DNA from: Macrostomum lignano | Taxonomy: Eukaryota | Direction of reading: 5' to 3' | Assembly (NCBI GenBank): GCA_002269645.1 | Contig: NIVC01000854.1 | Span: 1-64,000 of the forward strand | Length of the DNA: 64,000 bases | Shown here: in pieces, positions 35,948-47,255 of the stretch | Numbering within the stretch: the first letter of the stretch is position 1 | Layout of the letters: each line of letters starts with the position of its first letter | Translations under genes and position numbers: made by a program | Notes under the pieces: generated by a model | The model's database searches: none | The model's input: only the letters and a program-made list of their open reading frames with translations | Told to the model about the DNA's origin: nothing

Positions 35948-38900
35948 TTAGTATTCCCTGTGGACTGGTATGATTTCGTCTTCCACCACAGCGTTGGGAT
36001 CCGGCTCCACGTATACCGGGTACTCGCGAGTCACGCCCTTGAACTCCTTGGAGTTGAAGGAGGCGATAAAGACGCGGTTGCCGGCTCGGGCAGGGTTCAG
36101 CGTGATGCTGCACTTGGCCTTGTCACCCTGCTTGACCAGCCTGCATTGCGGTGTGGCACCGGATGTGGTCTTGAATTGCGAGTATGTGTCTTGTGGACTC
36201 TTGACTTGTGCTCAAGTGTCTTGTGGACTCTTGACTTGTGCTCAAGTGTCTTGTGGACTCTTGACTTGTGCTCAAGTGTCTTGTGGACTCTTGACTTGCG
36301 CTCAAGTGTCTTGTGGACTCTTGACTTGTGCTCAAGTGTCTTGTGGACTCTTGACTTGTGCTCATGTGTCTTGTGGGCTCTTGAATTGTGCTCAAGTGTC
36401 TTTTGGACTCTTGAATTGCGCTCAAGTGTCTTGTGGACTCTTGAATTGCGCTCAAGTGTCTTGTGGACTCTTGAATTGTGCTCATGTGTCTTGTGGACTC
36501 TTGAATTGTGCTCATGTGTCTTGTGGACTCTTGAATTGTGCTCAAGTGTCTTGTGGACTCTTGACTTGTGCTCATGTGTCTTGTGGACTCTTGAATTGTG
36601 CTCATGTGTCTTGTGGACTCTTGAATTGCGCTCATGTGTCTTGTGGACTCTTGAATTGTGCTCAAGTGTCTTGTGGACTCTTGAATTGCGCTCATGTGTC
36701 TTGTGGACTCTTGAATTGCGCTCAAGTGTCTTGTGGACTCTTGAATTGTGCTCATGTGTCTTGTGGACTCTTGAATTGCGAGTATGTGTCTCATGGACTC
36801 TCAATATAAAAGCCAAAATCAATTTTTACGACCATATACGCTAAACACTACTTACACAATTCAGCAAGTAGTAAAATTAGATAAAATCAACGATGACTCA
36901 CCCCACTTCTTGTACGAGACTTTTGCCCCTCAATCCGGGCCCGTCGATGCTGAATCGGCCTTCAGTCAGGTCGAATGGCAGATTGTTGACAAACACGCAC
37001 TGGAAGTGGAAGGTCCTGTTCTGCGCCACCTCGCCTGAGATCTGCAGGATATTGATGCGCGGTTTTAGCTTGTTAAAATTGTTAATTTTAAACAGGATTA
37101 AACTTAAAGTGCCAGCTAAAGAGCCAATTTACTACAAAAAATGGCGCCAAAAAGAGTTTTAAAGAGAACTAGAATTAAATACGGCTCGTAATAGATAAAT
37201 GTCCAGTAGTGGCACCAAAATTGAGATCCAGAATGGCGCCAAATTAAAAACCGGGAATGGCGCCAAACTAAAAATCGGGAATGGCGCCAAATTAAAAATA
37301 TGGAATGGCGCCAAATGAAAAATTGGGAATGGCGCCAAACTAATAATTGGGAATAGCGCCAAACTAATAATTGGGAATAGCGCCAAAGATTCGGGAATGG
37401 CGCCAAATTGATAATCAGGAATGGCGCCAAATTAAGAATCGGGAAGTGGCGCCAAGTTAAGGATTTGAGGTCATCAAGCTAGCAAAGTATTGAGCAAGAA
37501 AATATTTGTAAACCGGAAGTAAAACTCACGCTAATCTCCATCTCCGGGTTCACCAGGTTCACAATGGTCTGCGACACCTGCTTGTCGTTGCCTTGGACGA
37601 CCATGGCCACGATCTCGATGCCGACTTCCTCTTGGCCAGCCGCCTCGGCGTAGTCCTGAGCCTTGATTTGCACCTCCACGTTGGCGCCTGGTAAAAGTTA
37701 TTGTCGATGGCATTTTATGCCCGTGGCTTCCAAATGTTGGTTTTATTTTGTTAGCATCCAAAAATTCTCTACATTCACATATTTACGAGCGTATTGACTA
37801 ATATCTGTATAACACCCCATCTCTATGACACCCCATCTGTATGACACCCCATCTGTATGACACCCCATCTGTATGACACCCCATCTCTATGACACCCCAT
37901 CTGTATGACACCCCATCTGTATGACACCCCATCTCATTGACACTCCATCTCTATGACACCTCATCTCTATGACACCTCATCTGTATGACACCCCATCTGT
38001 ATGACACCTCATCTGTATGACACCCCATCTGTATGACACCTCATCTGTATGACACCTCATCTGTATGACACCTCATCTGTATGACACCTCATCTGTATGA
38101 CACCTCATCTGTATGACACCCTATCTGTATGACACCTCATCTGTATGACACCCCATCTCTATGACACTCCATATCTATGACACTCCATTTCTATGACACT
38201 CCATCTCTATGACACACCATCTGTATGACACCCCATCTGTATGACACCCCATCTCTATGACACCCCATCTCTATGACACTCCATCTCTATGACACACCAT
38301 CTGTATGACACCCCATCTGTATGACACCTCATCTGTATGACACCTCATCTGTATGACACCTCATCTGTATGACACCTCATCTGTATGACACCTCATCTGT
38401 ATGACACCTCATCTGTATGACACCTCATCTGTATGACACCCCATCTCTATAACACTCCATCTCTATGACAACCCATCTGTATAACACTCCATCTCTATGA
38501 CACCCCATCTCTATGACACCCCATCTCTATGACACTCCATCTCTATGACACTCCATCTCTATGACACCCCATCTCTATGACACCATCTCTATATGCTACA
38601 AAAAGTCACTGTCACTGAGACTCACTCGAGTTGCCCGCCACGGTGACTTGCCCTTTCTCGTGCGCCAAATCCTTCAAATTTTTGCCGTTGTACTTCTTGA
38701 GGTGCACGCAGAAACCGTAGTTGAGCACTTTCTCTCTATTTTGCTCGTTGTTGATCTCCAGCACCACGGTGAGGTCGTTGCCAATGACCAGCACGTCCTG
38801 AGTCAGGATGTTCAGCTTCACCTCGCGCTTGCCCTTGTTGTCATCGCGTCGATCACCCTTGCCCTGAATCTGGCTGCTGCCGCTAGCCTTGTCGAAGGCG

Positions 38901-41900
38901 GCCTGCTCCTCCCGGCTGCCCTCGGGGTACTTGTACAGCAGAGTGATGTCCTGCCTGTCAGAGCTGCCCACGGCCTTGGTGCTGACGAATTGGCCAACCT
39001 TGGTTAGGGAGGGGATTGGCAGTAGCGATTAATAACGTAAGGCGACTAGCTTGTGTATTTTTCGGATATTTACGCAGGCCGGTCCTGACTGCCCTAATCG
39101 TAAGGCATGTACATTCTCTGTGCTTGGGGGTTGGCCCTAATGAGTGCGAATCGCAATACATGTACAACCCCTCGTGCGGTGGCACTGATAGACAGGCGAT
39201 GGAACTTCCGAGATGTTTGCCTGGGCTGTCTTTCGTTCTGTGAGGACAGTCTTGCGGTCCGAGGGCCTGCCTGATCGCAAGAGCGCGACGCTGTTCCAGG
39301 CGGTGGTCGAGACCGTCTTTCGCTGTACAACGCCGAGACCTGGACGCTGACGGACTCGCTTAAACAGCGAGTTGACCTTCAAGATTGTGGCGACGAGCGC
39401 GTCTCCAACGCGACACTGCATCGCCGCAGCGACCTGTCTATCTTATAGGCGTCCTAATCACTGTGGTGATTCCAGCTTCTAGGCCACATCATACACACCG
39501 AGTCATACTGCTCACGGCAGGTACATTAGATGCTGCTGACGCTGCAGGAACCCTACCGGCTCATTGCCAAATACAATTCCACACTTCACAGCAGCAACCA
39601 AAGAAGCATGCCTTCAAGGTCCTAAGATCTGAGGTAAAAACGTTGCTGCCCCCCGAGCACGCAAAGCAAAGTGCTCTACTGCTGTGTTGCAGTGGCGTAC
39701 GCAGGTCGCAGGGGAGCCCGGGGAGCGGTGGTTTATGGTGTAGTGGCCACCCACCAGGCTGAGTAAGTACCACTTCCGCCACTCTCCACCTTTCACTGAC
39801 CTGGCTGTACTTTTAAAAAAGGTCCTTTATTGTTATAACTCGTCGGTGTGGCCTCAGAAGTCCTTAGAAGTCTTCACTCCTATCCTTGGAACAAGTTCTA
39901 GCTCCTAACTCTTGATTCTTAAACTCTATAGCACACAAAATCGATTCACTCCTTGCTAGGAGCACTCCTGACTCCTGACTCCTTACTCCTTGCTCTTAAA
40001 TCTATAGCACGGGCCCCTGTACACCGCTTTATCGATCGCCCCAAACCCTTTCTTGACTCCCCAATGCTAGTCACACTTTTCCTTCCTACCCCCATTTATT
40101 ATCATTAAATACGAGTATTGGGGAGTATATGTTGTTGTTGCACCCAGGCAGGCTCTTTGCTGTCATCATTATTTTGCGCCTCGCATTGTAATAATTTGCT
40201 GCTGATTTCACAACTGCCGCAGCTAACCTTGGTAGGATCGGAAAACACTTCGTTCAAAGAGCCGTCGGCGGAGCGGACCCAGTGCTTGATGCACGCGTTG
40301 ACCTCGGCGAAGACGAACGGCGTGTCGAATGGCAGTTCCACGAGGCCCTCCTTGATGGCCCTGAGCGGGCTGGGCCCGGTGCGGTACACGCCCTGGCTCT
40401 GCTCCTGCGGCGTGGCGTCAACCGCCTGCCAGCCGTTGAAATCATCGCCGAGGTCAGGCCGAGCCATCCAGAGGTCGTTCCACACGTGGAAGTTCCTGAC
40501 GATGCCGGGGTGGTAGGAGACTTTGTTACAAATAATAATATAATAATAATAATTGATTAAACCTGCCCCAATTGGGTCAGATGTGCAACCGACAGTTCAG
40601 CCGCAGCTATTGCGCGGCGCATCTGAAGGCTGCGTAAGGCTGTTCAGTCCATTGACTGGGGGGTCGCCACACACACCCTCAATTACCCTGCAGCTAATGC
40701 TGGCACCCATTTTACAGCTGGGCGAACTGAAGCAATGCAGAGTTGAGTGTCTTTCTCAAGGACACAATTTGTTCCGAGTGGGATCGGGAATCGAACCCCC
40801 GACCTTCAAGTCGTAAGTCCGACGCCCTAACCACTAGGCTACAACCCCTTACAAAATATTCTTACAAAAGAAGCCAACACAAGGGGTTAACAAGAATTGA
40901 TCGAAGCGACAGTCTAGCTACCCTGATCGCTGAGCACAAGCTCACGCACTGTGTACATGTACAGCATCCCTGACTTTCAGGTCAATCATCAGGTACTGTA
41001 CAGTTGGCTCTATGGGCGAGAGTTGTACAAGTCGTCAGGTTTAAGATTTCTGAACGTTTATTACACGAGACCAAAAAGAAATTGGCCTCGATTGGAATCA
41101 CACTTGGGTGCCGGTCGACTGGAGACTGTGCTCAGGATTGCCTGCGAGATAAATCGGTACATGTAGCTAAAATTCGGGGGCTCGGTAAACTCGGGCCGGC
41201 AGACCAAATGCGGCGCACGAAGCCTCTCTATCCAGCCCTCGGGTCCTTTGAAACTTCACCATAGCAATCCGCCCCGCTCGAAGTTCGTGTCTCTTCCCAG
41301 CTCTCTCCTCTCCTCTCCTCTCCTCTCCTCTCCTCTCTCTTCTTTAAAAACTTTAAAAGCTTTGCCGAACGCTAAGCTAGATACACAGAATGCACAGCGG
41401 CCCTGACTTTCTAATCGTCAGGAATGTACACTTCCTGTACCTTAAGGACTTTTATTTCGTAAGGTATGAATGGGCCCAGACTAGACCCACACGGGTGCAT
41501 GTGAATAGCTCGTCAAGCCCCATGCAGGCCAATTTTTGTGTCATGATGAAGATCACACAGCCTCACCAGATCGAATCGGCGCTACCCCCAGCAACCGGAG
41601 TCAGGTCCTCGTCAAAGTAGTGGTCGACAATGAGGTTGCAGTTGGTGTCGTGAGCCGAGTCGAAGTTGGTCACGCTGCGAGCTGGGATGCCGAGGGCCCT
41701 GGCGACTGAAATTTGATGAGATTCAATCGGATTTATGAAACTGGTAATCTGTGCACTGGTACACAATACTCTAAGGATACGGTAGATCCCAGCCTAGTAC
41801 TTGAGACTGGGAACACATGTGGTAACAGGAGCACCACTGAATGTGAAAAAACAGTTTGTGACACATCGAAGAAACAGTTAGCCACATCAATCACCTGTTT

Positions 41901-44766
41901 GGTGTAATAGGTAGAATTTAAATAAGTTAAGGGTTGTAGCCTAGTGGTTAGAGAGTCGGACTGAGAGGTCGTGGGTTCGATTCTCAACCGACTCGCAACA
42001 ATTCGTGTCCTTGAGCAAGACACTCAACTCTGCATTGCTTCAGTTCACCCAGCTGTAAAATGGGTGCCAGCAGTAGCTGGGGTAATTGAGGGGTGCGTGT
42101 GGCGACCCCCCCCCCCCCCAGTCCCTGGACTGAACAGCCGTACGCAACCTTCAGATAAGATCAGGTGGACTTACACGCAGTGAGCACGCCGGAGAATACC
42201 CAGCACTGGCCGAAGCACACGGGCTCCTGGCTCTCGTAGTACTGAGTGATGATCGGCACGCTGCTCTTCCATTCCGTCGGAGACACGCCCTCCGAGTAGT
42301 CGCCGCTCCAGTTGCCGACAAGGACACCAGCGTCATCATTGCTGTTGACCAAAGCGGAGAGGGTCCGCGCCACCTCCACTGGGTCGCCCCACTGCTCAAG
42401 CGGCAGGTCGGACTTGGCCAACAGCAGGTAGGCGCAGTCCAGCACGGGGTCGTCGAACTTGAAATATCAGGTGTAATTGTTTTGCGCTAATTCTCTGAGA
42501 TCGCTCAGGGGCCACTCTTGATCCTGCTCAGGGGTTACTCTTGATCCTGCTCAGGGGTTACTCTTGATCCTGCTCAGGGGTTACTCTTGATCCTGCTCAG
42601 GGGCCACTCTTGATCCTGCTCAGGGGTTACTCTTGATCCTGCTCAGGGGTTACTCTTGATCCTGCTCAGGGGTTACTCTTGATCCTGCTCAGGGGTTACT
42701 CTTGATCCTGCTCAGGGGTTACTCTTGATCCTGCTCAGGGGTTACTCTTGATCCTGCACAGGGGTTACTCTTGATCCTGCTCAGGGGCAACTCTTGATCC
42801 TGCTCAGGGGTTACTCTTAATTGTGCTTAGGGGTCACTCTCAATTGTGCTCAGGGGTCACTCTCAATTGTGCTTAGGGGTCACTCTCAATTGTGCTCAGG
42901 GGTCACTCTCAATTGTGCTTAGGGTCACTCTCAATTGTGCTCAGGGGTCACTCTCAATTGTGCTTAGTGGTCACTCTCAATTGTGCTCAGGGGTCACTCT
43001 CAATTGTGCTTAGGGGTCACTCTCAATTGTGCTCAGGGGTCACTCTCAATTGTGCTTAGGGGTCACTCTCAATTGTGCTCAGGGGTCACTCTTAATTGTG
43101 CTCAGGGGTCACTCTTTATCGTGCTCAGGGGTCACTCCTAATTGTGCTCAGGGGTCACTCTCAATTGTGCTCAGGGGTCACTCTCAATTGTGCTCAGGGG
43201 TCACTCTTAATTGTGCTTAGGGGTCACTCTCAATTGTGCTTAGGGGTCACTCTCAATTGTGCTCAGGGGTCACTCTCAATTGTGCTCAGGGGTCACTCTC
43301 AATTGTGCTTAGGGGTCACTCTCAATTGTGCTCAGGGGTCACTCTCAATTGTGCTCAGGGTTCACTCTTAATTCTGCTCAGGGTCTCATTCTTAATCGTA
43401 CTCGGGGTCAACTCTTTATCGTGCTCAGGGGTCACTCCTAATTGTGCTCAGGGGTCACTCTTAATTGTGCTCAGGGGTCACTCTTTATCGTGCTCAGGGG
43501 TCACTCTTAATAGTGCTCATGGGTCACTCTTAATTGTGCTCAGGGGTCACTCCTAATAGTGCTCAGGGGTCACTCTTAATAGTGCTCAGGGGTCACTCTT
43601 AATAGTGCTCATGGGTCACTCTTAATAGTGCTCAGGGGTCACTCTTAATAGTGCTCAGGGGTCACTCTTAATAGTGCTCATGGGTCACTCTTAATTGTGC
43701 TCAGGGGTCACTCCTAATTGTGCTCAGGGGTCACTCTTAATTGTGCTCAGGGGTCACTCTTAATTGTGCTCAGGGGGTCATTGCTAGTCGCGCTCTTTCT
43801 CAGAATTTCAGTCGTATTCGTGCTAGTGGGTGGATAAAATTTGCCTCAGAAGCTACTGACTCGAACCCCGGACCTACTCACCTGGCCAAAATACCAGGCT
43901 CGGCTGCCGATGTTCCTGGACGAGCCGAAGTACACTCGGCCTTCGTCTTCCATCACGTATTCCTCACGCTCGTCATCGTTATCCATGTACACCGAGTCAT
44001 CTGACAGTAGCGGTGGCGTTTGCTTTTATCTGTTACTTTTTCACGTTTGAACAGGGGAACAGGGGACACAGGTGTACGGGGGAACAGGTGGTACAGGGGG
44101 TACAGGGGAACAGGGGGTACAGGGGGTACAGGGGAACAGGGGGTGCAGTTATACAGGGGGTACAGGGGTACAGGGGTACAGGGGAACAGGGGAACAGGGG
44201 AACAGGGGTAGGGTATCAAGATAAATCTGAGAGCATAGGAAAGTATATCAAAGCGAGAAAAATAGACAAACATTGCTGTCAGGAAAGACAAAAGACATGA
44301 TTTCCCATTCTGGAGGCAAACTTACTCGGATGGAACGGGTTGAAGATGACGGACACGGAGAATTTCACGTCAAAACAGAAGGTCAAATCCACCTTGCGGG
44401 TGACGTACAGCTGCTTGATCCAGTACTTGGCCACGATGCAGTTCGGCGAGGTGATGAAAACCGCTGTAGCCTTGTTGCTACCCGGGTAGACTATTACCTG
44501 CGATTTAATAGTACATTGGTCTAGCTTGATTTGAGTTTACGAGTCTTCGAGGCATGGAATTGTTGCAATCAACTTACAGTTCTGATCTGGATCGGGCAGT
44601 GGTAGGACTCGTCGTCGCTAAACTTTGTTGGACGCTGCAATTATAAATAAAAGAATGCAAACGCTTGTTAATTACTGATAGTAGCTTGAAAGAGAATGCG
44701 GCGGACCAATGAATAGGCAGAATGTAGATGGACACAATGAACACAAAAACAGAAGGATGGAAATTA

Positions 44767-44839
<73 letters not shown>

Positions 44840-44858
44840 CACAGACAGACAGACAGCC

Positions 44859-44923
<65 letters not shown>

Positions 44924-45490
44924 GCATATCAAACTTGCCTCCTTCAGAAACCATTTTCGCTCCAGCCTCTCCACCCCATAACTCGTGGTGACAACGTCGA
45001 AACCGAACAGGTCTTTGTCGTCGACCTGCTCGTCGAACTCCATGTCCAGGAAGAACTGCTCGCCCCTGCGCACCACCATGCCCGTGCGGTTGGACACCTG
45101 GTCATAGTAATCCGTGAAGTTGCGCTTGCCGCTCTTGACGAAGCGCGGAACGTAGCGAAGTAGGGAGAGCTCTGCGCGGTGAGAAAGGAGGTTGGGATTC
45201 TGACTGCTTCGAAAGTTGCAGAGTTAAGGGAGTAGCATTTGTTAAAAAAGCAGAAACGTTTGGCGTTTAGACGGCTGAGAAGTGTTCAACCTGCTTGGCT
45301 TACGGTGACCAGCCTCTGAGTCAGTTGCATCAGCAAACGGAATCCAATCGCGTAGTCGGCTGCAGCTCAAGGACACCAGCTTGTCCTCGACGTCCTGATC
45401 ACTCTCGGCCGTATAGTACAAGGCCGACTCTGATGCCGATGCGTCACTGACGTAATCATCTCGAGACTTTGCGGCGTATAAAGACTCCAT
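35948..45490 (-). CDS. TGM: Protein-glutamine gamma-glutamyltransferase (transglutaminase), 12 exons, 773 aa
   Basis: Exons 45490-45304, 45171-44939, 44634-44578, 44497-44326, 44000-43882, 42457-42175, 41705-41567, 40495-40228, 38998-38626, 37687-37530, 37041-36902, 36140-35948; phases consistent, total 2322 nt. Motifs [21 protein letters not shown] (catalytic Cys), [26 protein letters not shown] (His), [11 protein letters not shown] (Asp), STKAVG, YKYPEGS. Confidence 0.95.
36170..36800. repeat. 30 bp minisatellite (last TGM intron)
   Basis: Unit GTGTCTTGTGGACTCTTGA(C/A)TTGTGCTCA(A/T). Confidence 0.97.
37225..37460. repeat. 24 bp degenerate repeat (TGM intron)
   Basis: GGAATGGCGCCAAATTAAAAAT-like units. 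Confidence 0.9.
37803..38590. repeat. 16 bp minisatellite (TGM intron)
   Basis: Unit ATCT(G/C)TATGACAC(C/T)(C/T)C. Confidence 0.97.
40623..40848 (-). mobile_element. Family A SINE, copy 2
   Basis: Homologous to 31624-31850. Confidence 0.8.
41931..42157 (+). mobile_element. Family A SINE, copy 3
   Basis: GGGTTGTAGCCTAGTGG..GGTTCGATTC..GTGTCCTTGAGCAAGACAC..CTGTAAAATGGG; ends 17 bp from the TGM donor at 42174. Confidence 0.8.
42505..43775. repeat. 23 bp minisatellite (TGM intron)
   Basis: TGCTCAGGGGTTACTCTTGATCC changing to TGCTCAGGGGTCACTCTCAATTG and then to ..CTTAATAG variants. Confidence 0.97.
44055..44215. repeat. CAGGGG(T/A)A 8-9 bp repeat
   Basis: Direct reading. Confidence 0.9.
44767..44922. 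repeat. (GACA)n microsatellite in the GC-AG intron
   Basis: Direct reading. Confidence 0.97.
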
Positions 45491-46559
45491 GCATGGTCAG
45501 ATGTGACGCACTTTCAGACTGATTGACTATACGGAGTATAAGATGTCAGCTCTAAAAGAAACCCGAGTCGCGTTAGAACTTACTGTCTCCGAGGTCGCGT
45601 CGGTTTTTTCGCTCCATATGGCTCGATTTTGTGCTCGCGCGAGTGCGAGAGCCTTCTTTGCTTGCTTCTGTTTGGAGAGTAACAAACCGGCAGGTGGTCA
45701 GGCGTGTTGCTTTGCTTTTTTAAATAGCGCCGTCCACTGCTCCCCTACCCTCGCCTCCGCAGCGGCGGCTGCTTTAACTTTTAGTGTAAGAGAATGAATG
45801 CAAAGACGCCAGATGTCTCAGATGCTGCTATTTTGTTAGAAGTCTTCATAATAAAGCTTGAGGGCATTTGCCGGAGAGGGCAGAGTAAGGGGCAAGTGAG
45901 TCCAACCATTAATTGAACAAATTCCTGAAATCCATGAATTGAATCTTGCCTGCGTGGGCTACGGGGCGGGACACAATAGGCATGCAAGCAGCAAAAACTT
46001 GCAGTTGGCATCGTTTTGAGCAATTAAACGCTATTCTCCATTCAAATAGTATTTTACCTTGAGGGCCAAATATTCCATTTAATTCTTTTGCGCTTCTCTC
46101 ATTGTGACGTCTGCCACAGGGACTCTTCGCCGTTCACGTGGCTGCGAGCTGGGCAGAGAAGATACAAATCCAGCAATACGAGTAGAGTTTTTGCTAGAGA
46201 GAAATGGAAGCTCAGAGGCCATTGAGGCGAGTTCACTCAGCCGTGACTGGCCACTTCGGGTAAGAAGCGGCCTCTGCGAGGTAGAACGGTGCGAGGCAGC
46301 CAGTGCGCAGATATTTGTGAGCACTTGATCAGCTCTTATGTGTATGTGTGTACAAACATATATACGCATATCAACGTGTTCTTAAAACGAAAATGAACTT
46401 TCAAACTTGCAGGTTGGGCGACTGAACCACGGTGTCTTCCTGTTCATATCTAAATGAGCAATTTTCATTAGATGAAAAGTAAATTACATTTTACATCGAG
46501 TGGTCATTGTTAATGTAGTGGAGTCATCATAGTTGTACATAGTGTTATCGCGTGTGGAG

Positions 46560-46830
46560 TGGAAGATACGGCGGTAGTGAGTCATCCTGGATGTACATAT
46601 CCGGCTGGCTAGTTAGTTATCGTGTGCAAAGTGTGGAAGATACGGCGGTAGTGAGTCATCCTGGATGTACATATCCATCTGGCTAGTTAGTTATCGTGTG
46701 CAAAGTGTGGAAGATACGGCGGTAGGGAGTCATTCTGGATGTACATATCCGGCTGGCTAGTTAGTTATCGTGTGCAAAGTGTGGAAGATACGGCGGTAGT
46801 GAGTCATTCTGGGTGTACATACGAGATAAG
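46560..46830. repeat. 74 bp tandem repeat, ~3.5 copies
   Basis: GGAAGATACGGCGGTAG at 46561, 46635, 46709 and 46783. Confidence 0.93.
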
Positions 46831-47255
46831 GTATAGTGAAGCCATCCAGAGCGTACATATCTGGCTAGCTGGGTGACAGACCAGCAATCACAGAAGACAT
46901 TGATAAACCAATATTGAGTCGGGTTTGCACTCAATTAAATCAAATAGTTTCACGTGAAGCAAGACATGAATTGCAAGAGACTGAGTGCTACTCTAAATCT
47001 ACTTATTTAGTGTTTAAAAATACCCCATTTCGTAATCAAATTATATATTTTTAAAAGTTACCCTTTTCATTGCTTATAGCGTTAAAAGGTGGATAACTTT
47101 TGAAAATATGAAACTGAGTACGAGCTGACAGACACACCAGGGCACAGACTTGCCTATTGTATTTATTAATAGTTTGGATATAATTAATAATAACAAAACG
47201 CATCGGGCACAGATATTTTCAAGACTGACTTTAGTAATAAATACTGCACTCAAGC

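Noticed and set aside
39137-39800. GC-rich ORFs in a TGM intron
   Set aside because: No phase-compatible splice sites, and the TGM model is complete without them; likely retroelement debris
45580-46370. Extra upstream TGM exons or a separate gene
   Set aside because: Some GC-rich, splice-like signals are present, but in-frame stops and no consistent phases; there is an in-frame stop 3 codons before the TGM ATG
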